64,000 nucleotides of DNA from Candidatus Zapsychrus exili. Its GTDB lineage: Bacteria > Omnitrophota > Gorgyraeia > Zapsychrales > Zapsychraceae. Below are positions 57,201 through 60,032 of this stretch, piece after piece. The notes beneath the pieces were generated by a model. The model made no database searches, had not been told where the DNA came from, and saw only the letters and a program-made list of their open reading frames with translations. A program made the translations under genes and the position numbers. Position 1 is the stretch's first letter. Every line of letters starts with the position of its first letter. Where the stretch lies: the NCBI GenBank assembly GCA_030765585.1, contig JAVCCJ010000121.1, positions 7,233 to 71,232 on the forward strand, in the 5' to 3' direction.

Positions 57201-60032
57201 ACTGATGCTGGTGCTGCACTTGATGGAGAAGATTCAGTTCTTCGTGATATTGGTGGTGCTCAAGTTCATAAGTTAGTTGATGCATTTGAAGGTGAAAATG
57301 GCGCAATAGCAGTTGGTAATTATTTATTACCTCAATATACCGCAGATGGCGTAAATATTCCTCAAGCTATTCACAACTGGGTTGGCGAGACAATTGGAGT
57401 TGAGACAATTTCTTTAGATTTTTATAATATGATAATTGCAGCGAATTCAGCAACAGAGTATAAAGATTATAAATCAACTAGAAAAGCCTTCGATGCTTAT
57501 ATTAACAAAGGACAAGATTCAATATCAGCTGATCTTAGATTTGGAAAACAAACAGCAGTTATAGTAAAAGATGAAAATAATAATTTTGTTAAGATATCAG
57601 TTGATGGCGTTCAAACACTAGGCAATTATTCAGCAAGCGTTAATATAGAAGAATTAGCAAATCAAAATGTAATCTTTATTGTGTCTGAAGAAGATGTTAA
57701 AGCCGGCACATTTGAAGATAAGTTAGATGTAATATTTACAAAGCTAGCTGAAAACAGAGGCGTTGATCAGATAGCAATAAATGCTTTTAACAAAATTACT
57801 CTTGTAGATTTAGAAAGATATCCACCAGCAGGTATTAAATTAAGAAACTATGCAGAACAACAACAAGCAGCTCAAAGAGCAATGCAAGATACTAAAGAAG
57901 CTACAGATGGTGGATACAATGGATACACAGTTGCACAAGCAAGAGAGCAAATAAAGAAATATGAAGCATTAGGAATTACAATTGAAACTGTTAATCTTAA
58001 AAATGAAGTTAGTATAAAGGCTGCAATTGATAAAGCATTAGCTTTCTTAACAACACAAGGAAGAATAGATTATACTCGCGGACCACCAACAGTTAACCTA
58101 GTCAATTCTTCTGATATAACTTTTGCAGCATTTTATGAAGTAGATGACAACACCCTATATATAGAGAAGACAGTACTTAGCGATTTAGCATATGATTTAA
58201 CTTCAGTATTTGTTCATGAGCTTAATGGTGACACTCACGAAGAGAATATAATAGCTGAGAAAGCTTATAAATTAGTACAACAACAAGAAATAGAAAAAGC
58301 AACCGATGAAAGAGCAAAGGTAATTAATAGTGCAATTGAAAGAGCAATAAAGACAGGCGATTTTGATAAAGCTGAAGATATATACAGAGACGATCTTATT
58401 ATTAGATACATAAACGATAAAGATATTTTAACTGATAAAGAAAAAGAAGATATAAGGGCTATTTTAGCTCGTGAGCAACAAAAAAGAGCAAACAAAGTAA
58501 GATCAGAAAGCGGAATACAAGTTAGTAACAATATAGAAGTTGATTCTTACGGAAATGTAGCATCGTTTATTTCGCCATTACCTACAGGCGCATTACAACT
58601 TACAAGCAACGGAATATTTGGCGCAAGCAGAGCAAGAGAAGATGGGAGTCGTTATCTTCACGAAGGTGCAGATTTTAGAGCTGTTGTGGGAACAAAGACA
58701 TTCTCTATATTAGATAATGCTGAAGTTACTCATGTGGCTAATTTTAATACAGGCCGCGCTGGTAAATATGTAACAATTTCAAGCCAAATTGGTGAACATA
58801 AAGTACAAGTATCTTATATGCATTTAAGTTCTGTTGAAGTTGAGTTAGGTCAAGCTTTATTATTAGGCGATATTATTGGTTTAACTGGAAAAACAGGAAA
58901 TGCTAATAATACTGACGAACCTCATCTACATTTAGCGATTAAAATTGATGGTAAGCTTGTTGATCCTGTTAAATTATTTAATGGAGATGTTACATTTGCA
59001 TCGGATACAAGAAACGTAGCACCTATCTTTGGATTACAAATAAGTAATGCAGCATTCGATACTTACAAAGCTCATGATGCTGATGGCTTTTTATCTAAAT
59101 ATTTTAGTTCACGAGCAGATTTTGAGAAATTCGTTTTAGCTATTATTAGATGGGAAAGCAGTTTTGATGCTGATGCGACTAGTAGCGTTGGAGCAAGAGG
59201 TCTAATGCAAATTATGCCTGGTACTTGGGCTGAAGAAGTAGCAGAGCTAGGATATAATTGGACGGCTGCTGATATTACAAATCCATTTAAGAATGTACGC
59301 ATTGGTTCACGTTATCTTGTTGAGCAATTAAGAGAATTTGGTTCTATAGAACTTGCGCTAGCAGCTTATAATCGCGGACCTGGAAAAGTAGAAGATGCGA
59401 TAGCGGCTGGTTTCGCAGACGGCATACCTACAAGCAATGGAACAACGCATGATTATATAGAAAGAATTAAGAAAGTTTATAATGGTGGAATTTTATTAAC
59501 TAATTTCATTGCTAGTCCAGTTGATGCATTAACTAAATGGCTTGCGATAGAAGAGTATAGAAACAATCCAAGATCTTGGATAGAAAAAGTAGTAAGCGAA
59601 GAAGAGAATGGCTCAAACGTTATATTCCCAGTTGTTGATGTAATTATAACTGATAGAGTAGGTGAAAAAGAGAAACAAGCTCATTTAGTTGGATCACATA
59701 ATCTTGATGTGATTACAGATGAACAAGTTTATAACAAAGTTAAAACAATACTTGGGCAAAAAGTTCTTATGGATAAACAAGGTTCTCAAGCCGGAGTTGT
59801 TCTTGTTATAAGTAAGCGAGCATTGTTTAGTGGTGAAAGTAATGTAAGGGCTATAGTAAAAGATTTATTCTCAGAGCTTATAGGAGAAATGAAGATGCAA
59901 CTATATAAAATAGTCATTTGTTTATTTTCTCTAAATCTCCTGTTTACTTATATAGAGAAAATACTTCTGAAGAAAAATATAATTTATCAGAACTTCTTGG
60001 ATTTATTGTTCCTGATGAAGACGGTGATATAG
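30255..60032 (+). CDS. Giant multi-domain membrane protein (9,925 aa as called; probably the N-terminal ~88% of a protein of more than 11,200 aa). Contains C39-like peptidase, OmpA-like, two SecA-type DEAD ATPase modules, M50 protease, M23 peptidase, SLT transglycosylase and several TM clusters
   Basis: Single uninterrupted frame of 29.8 kb with coherent codon usage. The domain motifs are listed individually in the findings. Confidence 0.85.
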   Translation: MKSAAEQNREPEDDRKADSSIGNMSENTAFTHQHSYVPTNRTFLNSEDCSADAQNISNTQPQEEPIPHKSRFKSWIKTVALIIILVFVPEQISWAFSYNPLVLWKDKATVASQYLGDGNTIAAENQMTEEQIVSLRVSESVSHFLKQLQNKNAQQIQLQLPNPHKSKLVKDNQYNILINTDLAFNESNIAEIATWLREPAIHPLNCGVYALNDILANYDVKLSLEEISVMSLLVDLINDIVRPGEPKLKTSLYAINKITEAYGINLKAAKLAPADIFDLEPPFIANFDDEHFVTVTKVDDTSVYYNDIGRASSSSRLDFLDQVTGFVLAPELEAQDDVKFEYVPDAMQAFIWGSKWHGNLDNLPGLYSWGDVAIGAAFQVVGLFTGGLASSVLSLGAGSFLGSLTTAIALSECYDAETGAADQGCLDTMFVLNIVGTSAISAGSGALNADSFDLGAFAGDFAKGAVVGLGQGLIMLYVGKLLNDLLEDWDAPDALKQAIIGAVSSVVATTAMGLVVDGLDAALKEMGVGEGAKVDLSLKSVYAGDTQVKVEPEWAVWKATAMGNVLSGLNKVVTFIGKYTGISWALNQLNKGWNKLVKGMIGSNSGAAKTLTATGKAFNGIKKGVNYALNGKFSPVTYVIKALAVIPRTVRNLMSEGKKVWGVKHLVFALEQHNFLRQMTVLAVRYILSEGKILGIDDGNKENNGDDGEDRGIAFDSFLSQAIGMGVGMFYDHVSIGLDNRDNLTKRTENEIAQKKAEAEGLDKNDPEYGDFIQNNIVSMTGMSLEDIFAKRAEFGLSENSDFAQYQGKRTSAFIAILGKSVASVLLAKHYDKKECARVDCNETERLGEDPNRDRIGLLKFRATQFLIGGLIEGGIAILTESNRRPDGAELTQTDKKVELDKKIINKLANKDADKLENALNTSMMLVNEKGELIDNLNATEKTSNEMLLAAKKKYEQAYSEGGGANGEGIEKVLAAAGLSKKESKEYLKQRAKELDKTNDVSKLFLLFNGNFVAKTIQSMYSANGNSPYGIVGYDDGVAVYDQRGFVRADEDASPTEKLISSIAARSSYINEMVGMYGGMTLTKRLMVREQNEKMEADMRRTNEVSSAAPISEEELARQIGAAQMRANVKTLDVIHNSNNYFLDAINQSLATALFSPQDSPILHALDSLAFDFVDASIEQQAQAAWEDESKKPDTNKLAFLQNKRQELRDEVAMNSDDKFGYSPSDSVDVSIEQQAQDAWAKEGKKPDTNKLEFLQNKRKELHEEAAMNSPWLGLGMDYRYLASEQIGEGIDSNKITYKMSENLVFNSGKGILLGTSLEKKGDLLEYGLEKLNVYYQDEVGKGDYIGEGSDRDFSGTIVRDISGLSEIDRRELGFDPEKMKIATENDGDKEIVAVGLAQKLRQTDRKEDVSALNEEKKGKIITKIDGTTRLVFGYEAEHLAEQGKKYDMTVDVGKFTVNEETGDRIHLSAQRQAAPDAQLSDSWVVTRQDFNAATPKDITATTMFFASQGEVIDEQGNVLEQYVASISSEDCVTGCTDPKKTWYVNRSLFAKEGDKKISDMDDLGFDTNLKTFANKDVKTEIAALKKDYKRIDDSTEKDENRLAVVNTIIDHAIEDKESNQIAKELYGFAKMVEEHKVASSLEIGAYTNNKEGSNQEGEELYLGIARYNTDDKGNVKDTSTVLISEPQIYDKNGAVATTNFIYQTEQTSAFNVGDSAVYGKVVDGKETLVSAEEIDTYKDKKGIKGDVKSIAVVRQVAKGDIDLSSAVEMAKGFDKDGVDKFGDTPENFNGKDYMSFVAASTEDGQTAVLEASKSKLVQGYSEIKSSVKVHYDHDSYKLEAKAKKDLDSAAATLNDNDQKNIIINGRTDSSGTNQYNVKLSLNRALAAKDYLMEQGISEDRIIIRALGEGEADQSIAESIRSDKEIGRKDRNSSFEIVEKSPLGDSKITFRVDKEGFVKRASTNFYTAGLDNEGSSIVYDLAPKASLLADALILLAADVADALGPEENKIQEIVTSNATSAKAAQLDGALVAIVPDIRAYELGKNDLLHIVDGEIIAPNEIRFDDYAPDPTSTPKRDSKGNVVAGSFIKDTVATKQGDGTYAYSSADGKVGKAASLTVDQLVVTKFGVVGVDEAAIVSDKPLILGNNSQWLASSSDATLEVAFGSKTTQALDSKGNIVGPVEEVNYNGGYRIDESKAIVLRSKVGEGALLGSIYINNEGAPKVLDKEAFEEESLEDNKKYVSATTQSETVGSLSVAGISTESKWTATPVVDGKINKYAADEDGVLESALVGNRIVSLHGNAKENNMTFKDMKDKANVGFISKSGRMILTPNNNNISGGWSKDANDQLSFNVGIKDTKKMNGSEEGKGTALGLQQENVLVYNKGIGNILYQGSEQTSVDPVTGLVGANRFVTMNLTGDMGVNQGTVLASKVDLAQGNIEGQVRNHKDLDAPSIFSAKLNTFDIKDSEIILKVSQELGDVSQLPVAADFAYSKEGKGEAPVQTPANLAALKGVENNPNVLMLEVSKEAGQDLTKVLGTPTSSVLNFAFSTDGLKFNPKAEGSVYSNFDRVSVLSGVEAPTVILKREATPTESNSTPAIQFIADANNNVKMQWKGIWNIQRDSAYTNHSTKWMSADGKSEAPLVLNTTIIGEEITASAGWNDTAVWNWAAGAPKMRGTITDKDGNSVSSLGIQRVDGAGAGWTIQARGSKDGSTLVAPNHVNVEENGYVDPDAKKDVDKTVSNKFFKLPQAQSYDVYKDGSREDGLVEVRLNQGFPEGVETPADFEIKSGQSINLLVQDHDGLSSVSTTENMVGTDVRKMIYHAKAPEQEKAAVEKEVSEQETDLNKFSMPIENFVAKQDNTRLAKVNIPVIIDNFITPEPNVDKITVQEWRVERAPETMVVENPYSVLTLDGSRAIERDVWGSKVGTIPIKETVSFEPGDYQSFGDVNKTVLITKTAATSYNIDYSNSDKITATKSSEGLNFVDYSGEMSFIKGRTSKEIEQIKENDITEWFPNATEGKEKVSVQMDSDAITSEAMQIKRYDPKTGAHVTDRYLAGMTAIKGNDGIIRSQFTTEASLYNADTKEIGNAGNLLYDAAASFLLDSVETDKGKKAVFKFVPEGQDPTVFTATSKGGIETVNTIYTDPATIKEANEANSSGALLPEAIAQTLDPNNTGSIQRVYQYQGKKLVNEYFAVTRAKEDSSKVEKFYVDGKYANPNNANELKSLIASELNLDLKETKTSTLQDFSYSKTIEDDAEVVYVSPQGKVYLRMVTGRTIIETPNSYSSSSTSTSEQHDVFAYDLVTGDVEEVDVEKTFVDVVTDKDGAKRYALKYLVPESRTRYSIGLPISYKPAGVQGIEFKDEDGKEIWADINYIKSGQLNGVGEEKQFVAVSIQDAGWSKNKRNRIIDLSTGREITREGFIETPEGGKWDLNRYKGKIVEMVKAKGFWGDVGDVAWNGLRGEGKETYVKNMLMDWGMSYASAGALDVSNPSVAGVVTTALMFTGVGSGLGLIGKGAKAGSTAARVYSISRAALKTGLIFGGIDTAAYVGIGALTGQDLNFSDGLAAFAGGVKMGATMTLGITGLGAVSGRIANSINAVNGVAGTGKGFKFVSKTYKGFGKMAEWKQAAILNGSSGAAVNVTRGMVANYYENGGELDYSLRSFAIDATAGAIISVALGGVGSKVMKGSFNTKQLLGNNMIHYGLVGLGGETVSTGIFSDKEMTWTRAAGSFAMGAIGGLVFRSTWIPEMMGVKPAEIIGETAKVTEGVTEGATSLFRNIKNPLKLTKAAQGVESGATVLNFSKLRTIGTLTGLGVGAGAGMAAMDARVHAKQDARKAGFKEGTKAFDSFVSKETSNNFRSWKTAKYMGAGALAANVMFFGRRAIQMKGRAKLLGTHSNKRITLPLIADEPHLIASLSLLGAADFAMIMPAWGALDSVIYTGLTGGNLEEGFYHSFQQKDVDGNDLGVFSNLAVHSIGGAKLGARLGPVLGIAQMPLSALGKKSALAPKSISKFSANKSSGLSISKILSSPTAHSMPVTVAQLATVEVLAEKVLENTYFKTAAENKADTLYNSHLEETKIMTGAYPTTTKAQFREEYAKNKIKEDAGQIAFASLLFKPSSMPGAEPETGGKGNKGSTAEAKIETPPNKPSDNALSADAQIKLSTKQTNIDQAPVAKPEKSMLSRMTTAVDYIGSKFKGHNNNILRQKIGTQSLEQNVIITSSSKQYVKAAKEARRRGTESKDKEYRDLDEIDQVFNMSMDSLRESIEADGRTKFKVKPKQLALVYSVIEHAIKGEKLLAIEPVSGGKTVLTAAIVDSLAKKGKTVVVIVPSGKLVDQYMNSALFENGRFTTPQTRNNGKDAVPEALKKGMVYFMTDAQAKDFVLHKNKTGENFFKDAQGFYDEAHNLFTMSDKIIGGGSERAAKIVAENSSQAKRLQRQYDTDTELARITVDLVREVGGEVEYLVENKNSDRMSHQFKEQATYRNGKNVWAVKDANGKLSIVKKGTAGAEILRPKDIVLERFNKSVKEKKLIRFKSDHSKALLEDFAGLAKSAFQEARIRTKNKQGNLESAPLDAYTGEARWGEIFSDPTGRNTKARALVALERVLALEREGNVNLESYIKSAINSTEHKARGADFLDMFDNVTLLTGTAGEVKGMAKMKNINMVQFRPEYTLKDIGPENVTFETSGKSKIDMIVDIIRDEINLAKKAGDNFVLITTNSREAGVLGARKARQTQNLKDKGYKVEYVSDAKLAERIKEINNSNAKEKIVIVTQVIEGISVEAKGSGVVMETAVLSAADTTQALARMNTFAEAKDSSRTKAKAKVKLHIDDHLILTAEKQKILEAQGKLDQARKTNSSDAIKNAEANLDLIWREMMHSLTEFKTNQGLATISTTVVEGVKSKVAKESVQQQLRSTTHGILSDIRQEAHKDIALDYMNKTGKTSAQISLSDNKGFEIFSSSKEGDEISVDNINNVGLVATEEIELIHGAKLKAGQTLDYETGFVYEAPQNEFDIKDFSQIKSEYLPVGVISITREDVNNPKANYNPVVNTVVNGKKAAAIELSDLGKNTLLDRQIVYAENSDGKIDQVAYRVKPIISNVTVGAALSAININDDSYEIDNDGFAIVPIETFNKAFSKENALDNSVFDGIGFKFAQDITIHEGFKEKRSDAITGRTRKSKNKVAKDALKLSIQKTVETPEIAIALPDGQGGTKTQRIKMDDLRELQTRMASSKSPDSDVNLYFADYDSEESKAKTNKALNNLVRFSNPTTQDDKDWVASLNTEEVVHYDTAAKSLKTRGISPVEFAMRFQHQMGGKNFGGHTGSGGQDALGNKRDQQNVYVNESATHIFDYYQDIERDKGFEAASDTEKMMETVLHEQIGFANRDFSHYQNVEVRRVWLKATEAVKQMKENNVDTVELQLVDGSGYEIYEAIKENGKTIGAQPIKLVAQNSDVKLRHLNTTLAKGETLDYKASSKTASLDTGSIKYKSVDNQEDKIVSKLKVGQDIVNITDPNLNGHTKLAQRAVADVEDAASILNKIDLSLNGTRKEFALDRHIKTIEQLRNTNNVFISKNAGAMSTDDGRMIVGRLDNNNNRLVLNSEANGEMADIYLRGQKIVENVPLRVAAIISEVDRKHDAGFEVYKAKNDAPAQSKASDNALTADTFHPANITTRKQIQGMMRDGVDQALMTLRAGGYDSKAKIMNFTKANLPDSFNKRVKDFAMRARVRATTARERAQKDTFGSVIHASSGRVSTLEWGLHEAGYKTDEAMVAKIADIVAGDPRRVEGDIAVYDFSDVKGTTRLDNYELHVDTTRNFDDKSMLSIFADAPQGQTIAWLGENIAVVNTDISVGGESELARSWSKIEKKLGNQNFDEQLAMVMQFDIIDLNKLVALAVEDANTEEAILARAKGLSVDAPIYVAVMRDEWVFFAVVDGKLVGEPQKAEDISNGLVLMSKESIPGHVVAKFSEKYVVAQSVLNPETSIPTALGKGQWAPIEGQLASMSATAMLSVVPSVAKHEKIVVVQSDAGQAEKTAIEFALAIPEKQIYVVNHTKTNQWFVKVTVADGEANISNVFITADKLENGVVVVDAAMLSEAAFDILRANGAIISKAAMPDSFGGEDNVSAKAVKAVFNTDYRQKTIDQRLKTKEAAEEPVIVVPVAPRNDAIDMPAMVPAATIPVTVPMLMSSGVGDNSPNVELADAAMTSGPGNNSPNYKDIIAKSEELIADSEKTIAISQKIRAASEEIRANSRAIRKKIATSGSDDAMLAAAKTDDIMQYLPYDRKIENDVLVKMKQDVGRIVDIINETNRKIEPEFSVRDDQVKMAEALIEGKVVVAENAAGKTLAKFIAGLANIVNGRQATILTRDENDSAKWILEAPEEGFGANYSQMLAATMKEYELESSGIVDLDGLMKRYDDALKKRRTIVANKEINEIKGQILRALQSKDMLKIVSINARGHMPNRFLDDDLILQGIKSIKDDGDTILDEADDLLLLETTYIQSQSQSVKKNSNLRKIVSQAKKIFDQVKIGTDEEDAIKVAASIQDFEKLNKANKKAVWYSQGSGLIGAPDLLISDAVYESFKEGTLPTMIEGVIRGKIEEIGTRLAADLNKGELVPVTRTGELQSDMIFSQIPYKVAQTLKINEILKARGDSQLKLNNITVTGDTVRENPISEMLQGKGRVVGATANKAGAEYIIQAKTGSTEGIVTIGEESNVFKQAALPTKNYRHVDITGQAGGLVDQLASMAEKSLADNKGTLIFTSDHVQLRKIAEDLKKRFPNTEVGVIDEDTKPEQIEKYRNEIGTHKGNSTPRIVVSLPRVAKQVSFKGNLDVIVSDGASWPKADLTHAVNRNNRSEKLELRLGRSYVLVDKEALNKKFEFVRNLVPEIKGLSKADDVNKLVDEIEKAGAGDTLALSKKHRLVAEFLQAQQRSSSHKHTILTLFRNNRQTEPMQDLYDSRVGSDKKIVQEILFKERAGLYGNTMQKLHDNPFTGEEWVREASRQSWEAAVREWNDLLELAKTKGGSAELLARVEEQIDLMRDRQTNEPGEYLNVVANGKVLNQFADVLKDANKEQNKEVRLRKLEAGHKGILMAAKYLGEGIIPTRVTAFFKADNIKSVASKTDKSKDMTYVEFVKGLTSEEKNKFNLSMYGFVVELKGEYTLARRGHQLISMLDAFENLSQQDMDKLGATVGSHTPFTIAVQLVQADIVDIKEAKQLASMVNFWLENAGQTEHIVSLSEEQQSNFLSKLKKLTLLISDKTYTLLASIGEEIGIIDNVDMLTQIKSRSDAITQALEGVKDLEAQKAKAGLLGIRFNGKLKTAVKTLVELVNPTIAKMASLQNEIASDKLDIGPIEFAAILLNSDELRNIEDISRAEKTLIYIGETIGYKQLDKKQINFVASLLEESLVLPAVLLVESESISDAQREQHIRVAANKIDQNAKVKKQDLQMLFYQMLSNPHKFGLTASAAKKKVRKFNWKLDKADTFKKIRTTLGNELASRLNPKLGFLDKFSVSDNEEFKLVSGRIDWTDEQAEQEYNKLADKEKEIQEKTEELVQKLKEKQEETKGNVQESVKEVKKASFLNRFKPTIVFEGNNMAEKVLKAGIKIGSVTLGWMLVPSVLIASLVFGTSGLGIIGMVLVSATIHEIGHIVAARILGGSQTYQGMGVYGPIAQATLNTRGLSKNAIRIIAAIGPITNILVGTVALAFGVDPFTAYQGIEFWGVPVNLVTINLVFLAAVNLLPIPAFDGLTVITGKNTKTSMASGSGKAFYSSIPLYEFVLYVASVLSLRGVKRRGNLEEEIALQKPLAMTDNEKHTQQSAIFESQDKIEAINLNIELEKAVMPEIPAMPDRSMPFDPLGIPVAPMIPLGAPALMLLGSVSGSGPGGKAPVSMVEQQREFGQNEADIKVAQAQTGSEVGFLLAFALDLKSRMNFSSTGLSPNAISAAILFRKGSGRANVVARIIVNVVHVVANAVNVVSSNGSKPLISSDFGHKGKNNGEPGSRSVSKSRAIEVKAGSKAVVAKLVRNTLVSMIEYFKQVAVRVKLAMKVQDDRTETRLRESRTTTVAKAVNVTNEAEVNAVKAIVIEEAQVVSVAQVASASNVKATVAEGLESVSRSALLRSMISSSATMAGIVLFTIRDEVTQGVGELYAQVVFRGVKNVSSETSLEYNDAQGASNIKIRIVSLAKNIYRSLRVREESGDAEPGASPVYKFVPTINTQGNQALGVPVFLSANIITIGSLNSIHFLLGAAAIAVMLAMLAYAIYRGAPNTIHVNSIKSNTDNSLINKARAYIRARVTYKAVLFGSLNHNESQATDSKQGGTLWSASIQSIQEVLAKIQKAYKSHILSNIQTQAALSQPQITKTRIEQKSILLDKMNVFMNAVDLKALGMSFKAKTSDFLQSLLKKLSATKMYHVIQLIVQAYLTKKEVIKNSNEVEVVSSVAGGFSAPLLTKQFVEQIANNGEEKYLVQASNGVEVVSSVAGDFLTTLLAGINRFKVAFATVAILLLNTAVKAQSAIADTAAVVVDSVAGGLNTTAAVTDLSSPTSEFFAQIGNITSESVLIMIAAALIASVVTWFVIYVASKKLAVNISRSGALTLGFAVAFSGLKLFTIAAPIIKEVFATTTSLGMLEHFATMAPVVLIPVFALMLGISLVAWNIQRIYKSKTTAIASPYNFNTLSKAEKQVYKKEFKKQYKPLRMSFKEFGRFVSARREIVISLTVIGAIVGVLTSTSTLLTMVSAGVQGALVGFVSVYLLSVLWNFFFGYVWKNTQFVEFVEDNRGRFSSDETIIQEVKNLEEKLSNTGVLENSIYVIKDLLISLTLRFPVTGGIIQFVIGRGFLALAGSYVAGPITALISPSITTTSILGFWPAVVSFLKGIYLDTTIGGFIRLALMVIFLNLKKIPAYYNMTFKLFTGEAINTFNLKSHLRELHKKLPLHILAAFVSVASIVLAPAFGIIYLANISAEANARDVNKYAKVIGDMGKDFWVGMWNMWLISMEIGLITDAGAALDGEDSVLRDIGGAQVHKLVDAFEGENGAIAVGNYLLPQYTADGVNIPQAIHNWVGETIGVETISLDFYNMIIAANSATEYKDYKSTRKAFDAYINKGQDSISADLRFGKQTAVIVKDENNNFVKISVDGVQTLGNYSASVNIEELANQNVIFIVSEEDVKAGTFEDKLDVIFTKLAENRGVDQIAINAFNKITLVDLERYPPAGIKLRNYAEQQQAAQRAMQDTKEATDGGYNGYTVAQAREQIKKYEALGITIETVNLKNEVSIKAAIDKALAFLTTQGRIDYTRGPPTVNLVNSSDITFAAFYEVDDNTLYIEKTVLSDLAYDLTSVFVHELNGDTHEENIIAEKAYKLVQQQEIEKATDERAKVINSAIERAIKTGDFDKAEDIYRDDLIIRYINDKDILTDKEKEDIRAILAREQQKRANKVRSESGIQVSNNIEVDSYGNVASFISPLPTGALQLTSNGIFGASRAREDGSRYLHEGADFRAVVGTKTFSILDNAEVTHVANFNTGRAGKYVTISSQIGEHKVQVSYMHLSSVEVELGQALLLGDIIGLTGKTGNANNTDEPHLHLAIKIDGKLVDPVKLFNGDVTFASDTRNVAPIFGLQISNAAFDTYKAHDADGFLSKYFSSRADFEKFVLAIIRWESSFDADATSSVGARGLMQIMPGTWAEEVAELGYNWTAADITNPFKNVRIGSRYLVEQLREFGSIELALAAYNRGPGKVEDAIAAGFADGIPTSNGTTHDYIERIKKVYNGGILLTNFIASPVDALTKWLAIEEYRNNPRSWIEKVVSEEENGSNVIFPVVDVIITDRVGEKEKQAHLVGSHNLDVITDEQVYNKVKTILGQKVLMDKQGSQAGVVLVISKRALFSGESNVRAIVKDLFSELIGEMKMQLYKIVICLFSLNLLFTYIEKILLKKNIIYQNFLDLLFLMKTVI
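30790..31200 (+). other. Peptidase C39-like (papain-fold Cys peptidase) domain of the giant protein
   Basis: PLNCGVYALNDILANYDVKLSLEEISV ... DDEHFVTVTKVDDTSVYYNDIG parallels the C39 pattern (..CGxAxL..vsleEl.. / ..NHFVVLykid..vyiaDP). Confidence 0.5.
33781..34065 (+). repeat. In-frame tandem duplication (2 x ~123 nt, period 162 nt = 54 aa) inside the giant gene
   Basis: SIEQQAQAAWEDESKKPDTNKLAFLQNKRQELRDEVAMNS / SIEQQAQDAWAKEGKKPDTNKLEFLQNKRKELHEEAAMNS, ~85% nt identity. Confidence 0.8.
35740..36070 (+). other. OmpA-like peptidoglycan-binding domain of the giant protein
   Basis: IIINGRTDSSGTNQYNVKLSLNRALAAKDYLMEQGISEDRIIIRALGEGEA matches the OmpA_C pattern (GHTDxxGsxxYNxxLSxxRAxaVxxYL...Gi...ri...GxGE). 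Confidence 0.65.
43080..44700 (+). other. First SecA-type DEAD/SF2 ATPase module of the giant protein
   Basis: KPKQLALVYSVIEHAIKGEKLLAIEPVSGGKTVLTAAIVDSLAKKGKTVVVIVPSGKLVDQY (SecA motor pattern Q-L-iGg..L..Gki-aEM-kTGEGKTL-a-l-ayLnAL-GkgVHvVTvND-La-rD). DEAH-like box FYDEAHNLF. Later TTQALARMNTF. Confidence 0.6.
49150..50830 (+). other. Second SecA-type DEAD ATPase module of the giant protein
   Basis: DDQVKMAEALIEGKVVVAENAAGKTLAKFIAGLANIVNGRQATILTRDENDSAK. DEAD box TILDEADDLLL. Motif-VI-like LTHAVNRNNRSEKLELRLGRSYVLV. Confidence 0.65.
53000..53470 (+). other. Peptidase M50 (site-2 protease-like) intramembrane metalloprotease domain of the giant protein
   Basis: HExxH in a TM helix (VSATIHEIGHIVAARILGG) and NLLPIPAFDGLTV (S2P pattern NLLPIPxLDGG), flanked by hydrophobic helices. 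Confidence 0.6.
58560..58990 (+). other. Peptidase M23 (LytM-type peptidoglycan endopeptidase) domain of the giant protein
   Basis: YLHEGADFRAVVGT (HxxxD), GKYVTISSQIGEHKVQVSYMHL, TGNANNTDEPHLHLAIKIDGKLVDP (HxH). Confidence 0.7.
59060..59470 (+). other. SLT-type lytic transglycosylase domain of the giant protein
   Basis: AIIRWESSFDADATSSVGARGLMQIMPGTWAE (catalytic E-S plus GLMQ), ..NVRIGSRYL.., LALAAYNRGPGKV (AYNxG). Confidence 0.7.

Noticed and set aside
31682-59302. About 40 minus-strand ORFs of 60-145 aa inside the giant gene (for example 33736..34068, 38126..38374, 48651..48929, 54344..54607, 55454..55798)
   Set aside because: All lie antisense within one long, coherent +strand frame and have biased Ala/Ser/Thr/Leu low-complexity compositions typical of shadow ORFs. 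The 33736..34068 ORF simply mirrors the +strand tandem repeat.
59967-59983. Programmed -1 ribosomal frameshift at a slippery heptamer near the frame break
   Set aside because: The nearest candidate, G-AAA-AAT, is not a canonical X-XXY-YYZ site. A 1-nt homopolymer indel at 59907-59910 explains the break more simply.
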